This document shows positions 35,757 through 48,214 of a stretch of DNA of 64,000 bases, in pieces. The stretch comes from Paraspadella gotoi (taxonomy: Eukaryota; Animalia; Chaetognatha), in NCBI GenBank assembly GCA_051294375.1, contig CM119264.1, positions 13,598,813 through 13,662,812 on the forward strand, given 5' to 3'. Under the pieces are notes generated by a model, which saw nothing but the letters and a program-made list of their open reading frames with translations, was not told the DNA's origin and ran no database searches. Made by a program: the position numbers and the translations under genes. Position 1 is the first letter of the stretch. Every line of letters begins with the position of its first letter.

Positions 35757-36632
35757 ATCGTCGCAATCGCTTTGCGTTTGCGACGATATTGCTGTGGTTT
35801 TGCTCATAAGTGGCGTTCCAAATTATAGATCGCCTTTTTTGTGATTAAATTTGGGTGTATGAAGCTGAAAATTTATATACAGCTTCTCGTCGATATGCTT
35901 AAAATTGAGTCTGGACAGTTATTAAATGTTTTGTTTACGTTTTATCAAAACAAACAAATTTTCTCTCTTTTATTTTTATGTTTCTTTCTCTCTCTCTTTT
36001 CTCTTTTAATTACATGTCTCTCTCCCTCTCTCTTTTCACTAGTCACTGATTCAAAGGGAAAAAAAACGAGTCTGCAGCTGGCTCTGCAGGGGCTTATTCT
36101 TTTTCTCTCATTTCTCCTGCTGCTTCTGCTGCTGCCTTTTGATTTTTTCTTTTTTCTGGGTGCCTCTGCTGCTGCGCTGCTGATTCGTCTGAAAACGATT
36201 TGGCTTATCTTTCTCTCTCTCTCTCTCTGATTAATTTTTATCCCTCTAAAAACTTATTATCGCCATTTATTCCCAAATTTACATCCGAGATTTTCATAAA
36301 TTTTTTTCCTAAATATTCTAAATATCAATCAGAATAATATATTTTTTTAATATATATTTACTTTATTTAATTTTACTTTACTTCATTTTACGTCACTTTA
36401 GTCTTTTCTTCACTTCGTCAGTCTGATTCAAGTTTCACTTTGTCTTTTGTCTGGGAATGTTGACAGTGTTTAGAGTTATTTTACCGTTTTATATTTATTA
36501 TTCTTTTTTTTTCTTTTTCTTTCTGTTTATAAATTAATTTTCTTTTCTCAAATTTGATTTTTTTAGTATCAAAATTTGTCGTCAATCCAGATTTTTCTTA
36601 TGCGATTGCGATGATCCTTATGCTTTTAAGAT
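35757..36632 (+). mobile_element. non-autonomous Helentron-type element, family B
   Basis: Sub-TIR ATCGTCGCAATCGC / GCGATTGCGATGAT, 5' hairpin, short 3' hairpin, T-rich flanks. Confidence 0.7.
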
Positions 36633-37725
36633 TTTTTTATTATGATTAAGATGTATCTTTATATTTTAATAAATGTTATTTCTAATTTTAACTGGATTGG
36701 AGTCTTTAATATATTTATATTTTCTGACTGAACGTTCAATCTTTCAAGCATATCAGGATATGTACATTGCAGATTTCTTTAAATGTAAGCAACTATTCAT
36801 CCACATTATTATTACTAGTCTTTATATCATCTCTGTTTATCATTTATCAATAATAATAATAATTTTATTGGTTTTAGACTTGGAAGTAGCTTGTATACTT
36901 AAAGCGGATACTTTTATGATGCTTTCATGCTGGGTGCAATTTTGGGGTTAAAATGCAGCTATAACAAATTAAAAGTAGAGTTAATAAGAAAAAAAAACAT
37001 TTAATTTATCTTTAAAAAATTTTAAAAAAGGCAATTTTTGAATCAGAATTTTTATCTTAATTAATTTGAGTGATACTCAGTTAATCAGGCAAAATATTAC
37101 CTACAAATGGGAGCGAAATGAAAAGAATTGTTATAACTCTTAACTGAAATTAATATTTGTTCATTTCATTAGTTGGAAAAGTCCCTGACGTTTATGTTCC
37201 TATAAAGCAAATTGATAATACTTTACATCATAGCAACTGGTGCGCTTGACTTCCAGCAGCTTTTTTTGCAACATTTTTCCCTTCTTATTTGATAGATATT
37301 TTGAAAAAAATTGATATGAATATTTTAAATTCTTTTACATTCATTAGTTATTATAAGGATTTTGGAGCATGCAAAAAAATTCTTATTAATATATTTCGCT
37401 GTTTCGTTGGGCAACAGGCACTTGCCAGATCATTGTTTTGTAATTTTTTTAACGCTGAAATTTTTTTTTCTTTAAGTTTTAATTAGAAAAACTATAAAAT
37501 GAAAAGGGCTGTCATTGTGGTTGTGAAAAAGCTTTTTTACGTTCCGATTGCTCAGACACATTCTCCTATGTCTATATCTGTAAGATGAACCAAAATTTTT
37601 TAACATTTCATTTTTTTATAGAAATATATCTTCTAACAGTAAGGTCCTTTTCAAATGTAAAAAATTGCTTTTTTGAAATTCGATCATGCCATTGATAAGC
37701 ACATAGCGAAGAAAGTAAGCAAGCT

Positions 37726-38026
37726 GGACTACGGGGAGTTGAAAAATAAAAAAACGTGAGCGATTTTTTTACAAGGGTGCAAAACCCGAAGTTTGTGGAA
37801 GACGATGCCGCGAGCAGTTCACCGTCCGTTGCACACAAGGTCCCGAACTTCGGATCGGGCTGTAGTCCGTCACTACAGGTGGGTGAGACGCCCCGTCCCG
37901 CTTTTACTTGTGTGAATCAGCAGGGCGCAAACCCAAGTCCTTTGGGTTGGGAGGAGCTCGTGCTACCTCCGGCGCCATAGGTGCTGCTGATTCTCGGACG
38001 AGTAACGGGGTATGAAATACTACCGC
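37726..38026 (+). ncRNA. unidentified GC-rich, highly base-paired RNA-like island
   Basis: At least 8 nested or adjacent stems, with G-U pairs favouring the + strand (see findings). Confidence 0.45.
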
Positions 38027-38291
38027 TACAAGTTGCTATAACAAGTAATATAGCCACAGTATTTGATCATTCTATTTCACTCCCATTTGAGATCTGTTGA
38101 GATCATCCGTTGAGATCCGTAAGTTCACCCTTTAACGGCGATGTTCTTTTGTTTATTTTCACCCTGCTTGGGCAAACCGTCAAGGTTGATTGCGCCAGCG
38201 CCACTTTTGTTTTTTTATTGCAAAGACAGATGCTAAACTTTTCATGATGACATAACTATTATATCACATGAATGTTGAGTTTCATTTTTTT

Positions 38292-38447
38292 GAACGAAAA
38301 TTGGTTTTTGATGCAACAACGATTTTTATTCGTAAGCAGACCTGTTTCGACTCTAATGCTAGTCTGCATCAGCGCGTTTTGACATCAAAAAACAATTTTT
38401 GTTCAATCTTAAACACAACGAAATGAAAGGATAATATCGAACAATGT
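38292..38447 (+). mobile_element. minimal Penelope-like insertion with minus-strand hammerhead motif (38339-38372)
   Basis: CUGAUGC-A-GACU..AGUC-GAAA-CAGG-UC on -; short inverted arm; tail CAACGAAATGAAAGGATAAT; TSD TTTCATTTTTTT at 38280-38291 and 38448-38459. Confidence 0.72.
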
Positions 38448-38566
38448 TTTCATTTTTTTTAAAGTTCTTTAGGTAAAATATGACTTTCGTCGACAGGGTT
38501 TTAGCTTCTTTTATAAAACTACTTTAAAAAATTATTACTTAATTACCTTAATCCTAAACCTAAATT

Positions 38567-38760
38567 GGGTTACTTTTACTTTCGCCGACCGGGGTTAGAG
38601 AGGGGTTAGGATTAAAGGTGGTTTAAGGGTGGATTAGGGTTAAAAGGGTTTAGGGTTAGGGTAATTAGGTAATATTTTTAAAATCTTTTTAAAAATAAAT
38701 ATATTTAAATAATTTTTTAAAACCCGCCAAAACCGCGGTCGGCGAAAGTAAAATTTAGCG
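38567..38760. mobile_element. short element with inverted TTTTACTTTCGCCGACC boxes around a TTAGGG-like tract
   Basis: Inverted boxes at 38567-38590 and 38737-38760; GGGTTTAGGGTTAGGG inside. Confidence 0.6.
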
Positions 38761-39469
38761 CCTAATTTTTTTTTAAATAGTTTGTCATATTACTTTTTAT
38801 TGTAATAATTTATCAAGTTCAATTACACTTGTCCGTAATATATAGATGGTACTTCACAACCTGGCAAGCTCACTAAAAAAATGAAAACAAAAAACCGACA
38901 ATTCCCATGACACCAAACTTTAGCTCCAGTTGCTCCACCAATTTAGTACATTAGATTTATAAACATTTTAAATTTTTTAAAAAATATCGATATTTTTATT
39001 TGGTTGTATTTAGAGCTTAATCTAAGGTTATATTATAATTATTGGATTTCATTATTTTTTTTATTTTTAAAATGTCATTGTTAAAAAATAACGTCTTTCT
39101 AAGTTAGTAATTTTACAACTAACTTAAAATAAATATGATTGTGCCTATTCCAGAACAAAAGTCTGCCCGCGCCCCGCGTTGCTTCGCGGTTCCCGATTTC
39201 TCGCCATTTCTGGTATCACGTGTCTGCCGGCGCCACGCGCGACTTCCGGTTCACGCGCGGCGTCTCGCCGATTCTTTTCAAAGGCGCGTCCCCGACGAGG
39301 CCGTCTCTGCGTCGTCGCATCTCTCTCACTCTCTCTCTCTCTCTTTTTTTTTTCTTCCTTCCTTTGCTTCAGTTTTTGCTTCGTCTCCCTCTCTCCCTCC
39401 CCTAGAACGATCTCTTCTTTTTTTTTTTAAACTTTAAACGCTACCCAGTAACTCTCACCATACGTCACA

Positions 39470-39795
39470 ATTAATTTTCTCTCTTTCTATCTCTTTTTTC
39501 TCTTTTTTATTTTTCTCTTTCTCTCTCTTTTTCTCTTTCTCTCTCTTTTTCTCTTTCTCTCTCTTTTTCTCTTTCTCTCTCTTTTTCTCTTTCTCTCTCT
39601 TTTTCTCTTTCTCTCTCTTTTTCTCTTTCTCTCTTTCTCTCTCTTTTTCTCTCTTTTTCTCTTTCTCTCTCTTTTTCTCTTTCTCTCTCTTTTTCTCTTT
39701 TTCTCTTTCTCTCTCTTTTTCTCTCTCTTTTTCTCTTTTTCTCTTTCTCTCTCTTTTTCTCTTTCTTTTTCTCTTTTCTTTCTTTTTTTTTCTCA
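39470..39795 (+). repeat. pyrimidine minisatellite (~18-bp CTCTCTTTTTCTCTTTCT unit)
   Basis: Directly visible tandem array. Confidence 0.9.
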
Positions 39796-40163
39796 ATCTC
39801 ACTGTCACAATTCCATCGCATTTTTTTTCATATTTCCCCTCCTCGTTCTCCGGATATTAAAACTTTTTTTTTTTCACTCTACTATTTTTTTTTTCCTTCG
39901 GAATCATAAAAGAATCCATCATTTTTTCGCCTTAGGAACTTTTTCTTTTTCGTACCGAAACTTGAAACCATATATTTAAATTCATTTCTTTTACACTAAC
40001 TTTACACGAACTTATATATTAGAAAAATAAAATAATTTCGGCTTATTTTTACATTCGCCGACCCGGACTTCGGTTATTTGTTTTTCGCTTCTTATGAGTA
40101 AAAATGAAAAAAAGGATACTGGTATGGATAAAATACTTTCTATTACAATTTTTATTTCGAAAA

Positions 40164-40821
40164 AAGGGACATGTTTCAACTTTACTTGCAAGTCTTCATC
40201 AGCGTTTAACAGTTTGACAATACTGTGAAAAATTTGTGCAAAAGAAGAGGGAGAGAGGATAAAAAGTTTTCCAACACAGAGGTGAGTTAGAATAGTGCTC
40301 ACAGGTTGAAGGTAAGGACAGATTGAGTGAGTTTTGAAAGGAAATGCGAATGGTCATAGAGATAGAGGGCAAATATAAATGATACGTTTGTACAATATAC
40401 AAAGATATAAAGTTTTAAACTGATTAGTATAGATTTTTAACAATTAGTTGAATAATAAGTTAAGTGAAATAGGAAACATTTTTGAAATTTGAAAAAAAAT
40501 ATTTGATGAGGGATAGGTAAGTTAAAGTGAAAGTTTAAGAAATAAGATAGAGCTTTCACTTCCTTTCAAAACTCACTCAATCTGTCCTAACCTCCAACCT
40601 GTTCTCACCTCTGTTGGAAAACTTTTTACCCTCTCTCTCTCTTAAACACTTCTTTTGTACAAATATTTTACAGTATTGTCAAACTGTTAAACGCCGATGA
40701 AGACTTACAAGTAAAGTCGAAACATGTCCCTTTTAATAAAAACAAATCGTTGTTGAAACTCAAATTTCGTTTTTTTCGCTAATCATCTTACACAACAAAA
40801 ATAAAGGATTAATACACTTAA
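40164..40821 (+). mobile_element. Penelope-like palindromic insertion with two hammerhead motifs (40168-40202 -, 40694-40728 +)
   Basis: Inverted arms ~40164-40345 and ~40558-40735; stem II GACUU/AAGUC; tail CAACAAAAATAAAGG; TSD TTTTATTTCGAAAA at 40150-40163 and 40822-40835. Confidence 0.8.
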
Positions 40822-41739
40822 TTTTATTTCGAAAACTCCCCTAACTAACCCTAACCACCCTTAACCCAATTGCTAACTGTTTAAAAAATATAATATAAAA
40901 ATAGTAGTTAAAGTAAATTTAAAACAATTATTGGAACAGATAATTCAAAATATGAGAAAATATCTTTAACTAACGAAAAATGAAAAAAAGAAAAAAATAT
41001 TACTACTCAAAAGTATATATTACTGCGCAAACAAGGAAAAGGGGAAAACAAAATTCAATGGATGAACAAAGCACCGACCGGTAGTAGCTAAGGTTGGTTG
41101 CGGTCGTCGGATAGTTAAGTTACGAGAAACATTAAGATTATGTCATTTGTGTCAAATAAACACATTAAACATTGAAGAAAAATAAGATGCTTCGCCTCTC
41201 TCCTTTTCAGTCGGTAAACTTCAAATGACCGGATTTTTTTCAGTGATTGAACCTGACCTTTTAGGGTTAATATTTACTTGTAGGCTGACTTAAAAAGTAG
41301 TTATTCTATCTCTTGATAAAATAAATAAAACGATTATTATCCAAAAGACTCTCGCCGTACTCTTTAAACGGGCGACGTCCTGAACGCGCGACACCTTGAG
41401 GCATAGAAAATAACATATAATTTCTGCAAACATTATGAATCAAGTTGTGAAAAGGATAGAGAATTTAAAATAACAAGAATATCAAAAGCTGAACTATGGA
41501 TGAGGACGTCGGTTGGCAGGGAGACGAGTTGACAAGTCGATGAGATGAAATAACTAACATTATTTTCTTCTCTCTCTCTCAAAAAAAAAAAAAATATTAG
41601 CCTTCAATTTTTTTCTCTCTTGCGGTTCCTCCTTTTCCTCCATCATCCCCTCCTCCTCCTCCTCATCTACATTTTCGATCTCCTCATATTTCCGCGCTTT
41701 AATTCCGTCCCACACCTGCGACATTTCTCCATTTTATTT

Positions 41740-41841
<102 letters not shown>

Positions 41842-44169
41842 TTGCTTCCTTTTCGCGTCCCCACGTTCAGTCCCAGTTTCTTCCCATTTGTATGGAACCA
41901 ACGACATTCTCTCTCCCTCTTTTTCTCCTCCTCTCTCTCGCCCAGACCGTTGCTTGCTTTGTTTCATGCATGTCAATGAAATCGACTGCAAATTTACGTA
42001 AAAAAAAACAAAACAAAAAAAGAACAATAAAAGAACAAAACGCCCGATTGTTTTAACAGTTGCAACAACCCAAGTCGTTGAAATTCCTATTTGAGTATTT
42101 CTTATCTTCGATTATCAAAATCTCTGTTATCGTGATGGGTTTTTAGTGGGTCAGTGACTAATGTAAGGCACTTCACGTTTAACATCAGCAGAGCAGAGAT
42201 TGATTAGAATTTCTTTCAGTATTAAAATAATTAGTTCTAAGGTTACCATCATCCATTTTTATTGTCTTACTTTGATGGCCACTTTTTTCCCAAAAATTTA
42301 TTCGCATATAATCTTCTTGTCTATACTTCTTTCCTCTTCCATACAATCTATTTTTTTTTACCATCAGTTCGACGCAAAGGAGGCAGGGCCGCGTGATATC
42401 GATAATAAATTCGCCATCTCGTCTTTTTCGCTTTTTTTACGGTTCGCCTATATTCTCGCCAGCCTTTTCTTCCTTCAATTTCTTCGACCTCGTTGTTTAT
42501 ATTACAAAAAGTTCTCGTTTCTACTTCAGTTCACTTTCATTCAATTCTACGTCAATTTATATATATATTATTATGGGTAACTTTACTATTCGAAGACCGT
42601 AACCAACCTTAGTTACCACCGGTCGGTCGTTTGTTAATCCATTGAATTTTGTTTTCCCTCTAGCGTTGAGTCTCAGTTTGCGCAATAATGCACACTTTTT
42701 TTGCACAGTAATACAATTTTTTTCATTTCGTCAATTTTTGTTAATTGAAAAAATCATTAATTCATATTAATTTTAATTACAAAAATATTTTTTCCGGTTA
42801 TTAACTTACGTTTAAATTTTTATTTTTTTTTTTGGCCGTCATTTCGCTTATATTTTTCATTCTTTTTCTTGAGTGATGCGTGATGCTTCGTTCAATCCGT
42901 TGTTTTATCTACATGTCTTAATTTCCCTCCCCCCTTCTTTCCACGTCCCCCCCCCTCCCCACGTTCCATCTCCTTCCCCACTCTTCGATTAGTTAGGTTA
43001 TTTTTCACTTAATTTTTTTATTCAAATTACTCTGTTCATTTCCTGCTTCTATTCCTTCCTCCCCATCCACTTCCTCTCTTATCTTCTCTTTTCTTGGCAG
43101 TTTTCGCGGATCCTACGACCAGGGAACACGTTTTCCTTGGCTGATTCTCCAAAGGATCTTGCGATATGCTTTGGTGGCCGCGGTCGAAAAGTTGAGGGGG
43201 TTGGGTAGTGAATATCGATTTAAAAAAAGTTGTCTTAAAGGAGTTTAGGGGTCGCCGGAAATCGTAATTGAATGATAATATATTATAATAATGCGTATCT
43301 ATAGCCGTAATATATAGTAAGTATAACAATTGTACAATAATGGTTGGATTTTTGTTGGAATATCCTGGGGTTTAGCAATTATTTTGTTGAAATTATCTAA
43401 TAAAGAAATAAGTAAATTACTCTTGCATAAATTTATATAAAATTTATAAAAAATTTATAAAAAAATAGGAAGTTTGGAAAAAGATTGAGCCTAAGAGTAA
43501 GAACGAATAAATCTCGTGAATTGTAGTTGTCGGGGCGTCATTACGATAAAAAGCAGCTGGCAAAAAGGCTCAAAGGAGATAATGAGGTAATTTTACATAT
43601 TTTATTATTCATTTCGATTTTGTCTGTTTTTTGTCAACAGGAAAAAAAACGCATAGGCATAAAAATACTTGTTTTTTGCTTCGCCCGAGTTGACGCATCT
43701 CACTCAATTTAACGACCTTTTTAAAAATATATAAAACTGCCTTTTTTAGTATCTCTATTCGCCTCAAGGCACCTCGGAATTACCAAATATATCATTGAAA
43801 ACATATCACTGTGTATCGAAAAGCAATAAAACAAATTATTTGAACCCATAATATTGTTGTATTGTATTGCGAATAAATAATCAAAATTAATGGACTGGCA
43901 AAAGAAAAAAAAAATGAAAAAAAGAAAGGAAAACTAGCAAATCAAAATGGACAAAAAAAGTAGAAGCCTTGAAAAAGAAACAAAAGCGGAAAAAAGATGT
44001 TAAAAAAAAGAAAGAAGTTTTTTAACCTGAACGCTTTGATATCTCAAACGGATAGAGGGAAGAAAGAAATAGTATGAATTGTACGAAAAGGAAAGAAGGT
44101 AGAAGAGACGCGATTAAAAATCAAGGACGCCGAATAAGAAAAGGGGAAACATTTACTTACTAAATAAAA

Positions 44170-45135
44170 ATGGCGCCGCCGCCGACGCTTCCGCCGCCGT
44201 CGCCGCCGCCGCCTACGCATTTTCTAACGCCGCCGACCCCCAGGCGAAAAGCTCGTCGCCCTCGCGGCAACGAAATCGGGGAATTTGGAAAAAACGACGC
44301 CGGAAATGGAAACGTCGAAAATAGAATCAACGCCGACGGAAAGACGATGGAGGGTAAGGACGACGCCGGGAAAATATCGAACGGCGCCCTGTTTGAAGAA
44401 TTCAAGAACGTTAATTTCTCCGGCGCTTCAGAAACGGGCTCCTTTGCGACCGACGCCACAGCCGCCTTCCTCTCCGCCGCCTCAAATTACGATCCGCTTT
44501 GCGACGGATTTCCGCCGCTCGATCCAGTCTATGTCGTCGCCCATTCCACGCCGTCTTGGCTAAACGACGCCGCCTTTCGACTTCGCGACGCCGGATCCTC
44601 TTGTCACCGCAAAATCGGCACCGAAAACGACGACGACGAATCCGTCTGCCACATCCGCGCTCGGTCCGCCATGGATTTGACTCGTCCCGACTGCGCCGCC
44701 GCCGAAACGACGCCGCAATTTCAACCGATGTCGGCGTCATCCACGCCTAGGTCGACGCGACGCCGAGCGGATTCGACAAAGACGGCGACGACGGACATCG
44801 GCGTTGCTCTTCTCCGGCGGCGCTTCGTCCATGACGCCGGCGGATCCTTGAAGGAAATAAGCGGGGCCGCAGCGTCGTGCCGCCCCGGTGGCCGCGTGGG
44901 CTTCGGGGCTGCCGACGACCCCGTCTACTGCAATCTCGGCGTCAACTGTTTGGCGTCTTCGCAGCCCGCCGTCAACCGTCTCGGCGATGGCGTCGGAATC
45001 TTCGGCGAGGAGAATGCCGGCGACGGGAGAGTCGGCGTCGTGAATGGCGTCGGACGCGGAGTTTGTCTCGACAGATCGGCGTCGAATCTGTTGTCATGGA
45101 TGTTCAAACCGATCTTTGGGTGGATTCACGGACGG
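44170..45135 (+). CDS. probable first coding exon of an unidentified gene (322 aa, low complexity / disordered)
   Basis: AAAAATGG start context, GC-rich 966-nt open frame, strong donor CGG|gtaagt in phase 0; no domain recognised. Confidence 0.6.
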
Positions 45136-46012
45136 GTAAGTCTCTCTTTTTTCTTTTAATCTCTTCTTTTCAATGTGTACATTGTACAATGCATTATTAA
45201 CATCAGTGATCAAATAATTTTTTGAAAAATGCTGTGACGGGTCTAAAGGATATGCTACGGTATTCCTGACCTCAAACGAAATGAGGTAAATAATTTTATA
45301 GATAGGCTAGTCTCGGATTTCTCTCTCTCTCTCTCTCTCGCTGTTTCTGTCTCATTGATTCATTTGAGAAGAAAAATGGGTTTCATCTGAGAAGAAAAAA
45401 AATTTAGGCAACGAAGGAAAAAAAATGGGTTCGAGGCTGAAAATTCGTAGCAACTAAATATTTTAGATGCAGCGTGTTTATACGTATCTGGGCAGACATT
45501 TTTTGGTCAGTCAGGCAACTCATAACCTTATGTTTCGTCTATTTAATTTTTTAAAAAGCAGTCTCAATCGTACTATAAATCAATTGAGATTCATTCTGAT
45601 TTCTCTCTTTTTGACTACTCTCCCTTTAACTCTTACCTCTCGCAGAATCCTCTCCTCGTAATCGAATGCTCCTCTATTTTATCATTTTCCTCTCAGACTT
45701 CTTCCCAGAGACCCTCGGCTTTCAGAGATCGGCTGACCATGAGAAGAATGGAGGAATTTAGAGAGAGAGAAAGAGAGAGAGAGAGAGCGCTTAACATTGT
45801 CCCGTCTCCAATATCCGTTTCTGCTTATTTCGTAAATGGAAGAAAAGCCTCTCTCATCTATGCCGCTTCCCACGCCCTTCGCCTCCCCCCCCAGTCTGCT
45901 CGCCATTGGTGTCCCGGTCGTTTTCCTTGCGATCTTCCCTGCTTGGTTGATATTTTTACAACCAAATCCTCCGTCTTTCTCCAACCTCCGTTCCCCTGAT
46001 CTAAAACCAAAG

Positions 46013-46190
46013 CCCAGAGAAACAACCATCTCGTCGCAGTGTCTGATTTCGCCACTCGCCGATATCTCCGCCCCCGTCACAGCAATCCCTGTTATCTCTG
46101 CCTTTCCTGCCGTTCCTGCAGCTCCCGCCGCTCCTGCCGCCTCCGTCGTCGCCTTCTCCGCTATCTCCTCCGCCGCCAACGCCTCCGGTG
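46013..46190 (+). CDS. candidate second exon (PRETTISSQCLISPLADISAPV..Ala/Pro-rich)
   Basis: Pyrimidine tract, caaag| acceptor in phase 0 matching the previous exon, |gttagg donor. Confidence 0.4.
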
Positions 46191-46630
46191 GTTAGGAGGG
46201 CAAAGGATTGAAGCTATTTCCGAGAATTCTGACCCCAGTCGCCGATATTTGGTCCCCGAGAAGATATAATCTTTTAAGAATCCCTAACTTTTTTTCCCTT
46301 TTTCTTCCTCACTGATTATTCCTTCTTTTTCTTCTCGGTTCTATTTTTTTTTTTGTTTGTCGACGGTTATTTTCCACGGCTTGGACGGATAGACTGTCGA
46401 CTTGCGCCTCATAAACACCATAAAACGACGACAACAAAAACATAAACCGAAAGAAGGGAGAGAGCGCGGACGAACGAACGATTTTTAGTTCAAAACAAAA
46501 ATTTTAGGGACGCACGTTTCCACGTTTAAGCGCACGCACGCCTCCACAGTTCACGCTCTCTGCTTTGGTAAGTCGCCATAAAACACTATCTGTGTTCAAA
46601 TCGAATTATTCTAGTTTTCGCCGTTACGGC

Positions 46631-46676
<46 letters not shown>

Positions 46677-46947
46677 TCTCAGAGTCATTCATACTGACCT
46701 TCTTTTATCTCTTTGGCCCTAAGATTTTTTATTAGGGACTATTCCAAGTACAAGTTCGACGAGGAGAGAATTTACAGAGCGCATGTTGCGCGCCATCTTG
46801 ACTAGAAATAAAGAGAAGGAGATAAAGAAAGAGAGGAGAGAGAGTGATAGTGAGATAGTGAGAACGTGACAAAGTGGAGGACATGTTTGTTCTCACCTCC
46901 GACTGGGAATCGAAACGCGGTTATTTCCAATTCAATTTTCGCGACGT

Positions 46948-46992
<45 letters not shown>

Positions 46993-48158
46993 CTCTTTCA
47001 AACGTTTTTTCCGCCCAGTTTACTTTGCCTTCGCTATTTTATTAGCTTTCGTTTTTTTACTAAACCCATTTTCGCTATAATTTTGCATAACAGGGGATTG
47101 AAAGAGCTCTCGTTCCCTACATTTATATTCTACTTCTCCTTTCCTTTCCTTTCCTTTCTCCTTCCTCCGTCTCATCCTCTTCCTCGGCCTCTTGCAACGT
47201 TCCCCCCTTTTCAATCTCAATCAACTCTGCCTCCAATATCACGTCACGTTTTAATCGACGTTAGGTTAAAAACAAAGTTGTCCCTGAAAATATTGTTTTA
47301 CTAAAATATTAAACATTAAACAAGATGTGCTTTGCTTAGTTTTATTTATCGCTAAAAACTCATCTATTTTTTTTTTCAAAATTTTTCCTAAAATTCAGTA
47401 CTACTTAAAAAAGTCCTGATTAAATCAAAACTGTTTTATAGTTTTGCGAAATAATTATACTAAAGCTGAAGTTTATTGAATGTTCATCTTTTATCCTTTA
47501 ATAATCCTTTTAAGGTTATTCATTTATTAGAATATTTTCTGTCCTAATTGATGTTAAAACTGAACTGGATTTGCCTTCATCAAGTTTGCCTTAAATTCCT
47601 TTTTAATTCTCTCTCTTCTCAATTTGCATCTGTTTCTCATTATACATACGAACTTCTTTCCCTCCTTCCTCACTGACTCATTTTGTAATCTTTTGCGATC
47701 TCTCTCTCTCTAAATTGTTTGACTCTGTTTTTTTTTTGTTGTTGTTTTTTTTGCCAATTAGATTGGTGTTTTCTGTTCGAGGGTGAATGGATGTGTCTCT
47801 CTCGGTCAATTTCACTCTCAAATTGAAAAAAAAAAAAAAATAGTCCCGTCCCCCTCAAACTCTCAAACTCGGTCTTCTCTGAAGATAATATGGAACGGGT
47901 CCCTTTGATGCATTGGCACGTCTGCGGTTCCCGACATGACGACGACAACAGATTTTCTTTTTCCACATTCCTCTTTTTTATCTCTACCTTTCCTTCTATT
48001 CATCATCTTCTTTTCTTCCTCCTCCTGCTTCTTCTTCTGCTCCTCGACCTTGGGAAGCAGCGGGGATTTCTTGGAGTCCGCCTTAAACCGATAACCGGCC
48101 GCGATTCAAACAAACAGTATCCTCCCGGATGCGAATCCAAGGTGCTCTCTCTCTCTCT

Positions 48159-48214
<56 letters not shown>

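Noticed and set aside
37856-37900. similarity to SRP Alu domain, 28S rRNA D1 or U5 loop I
   Set aside because: Only 8-12 nt matches; the diagnostic neighbouring motifs are absent
39455-39821. Lys/Arg/Glu-rich ORFs here and similar ER/LS/FL-rich ORFs elsewhere
   Set aside because: Translations of microsatellites and minisatellites
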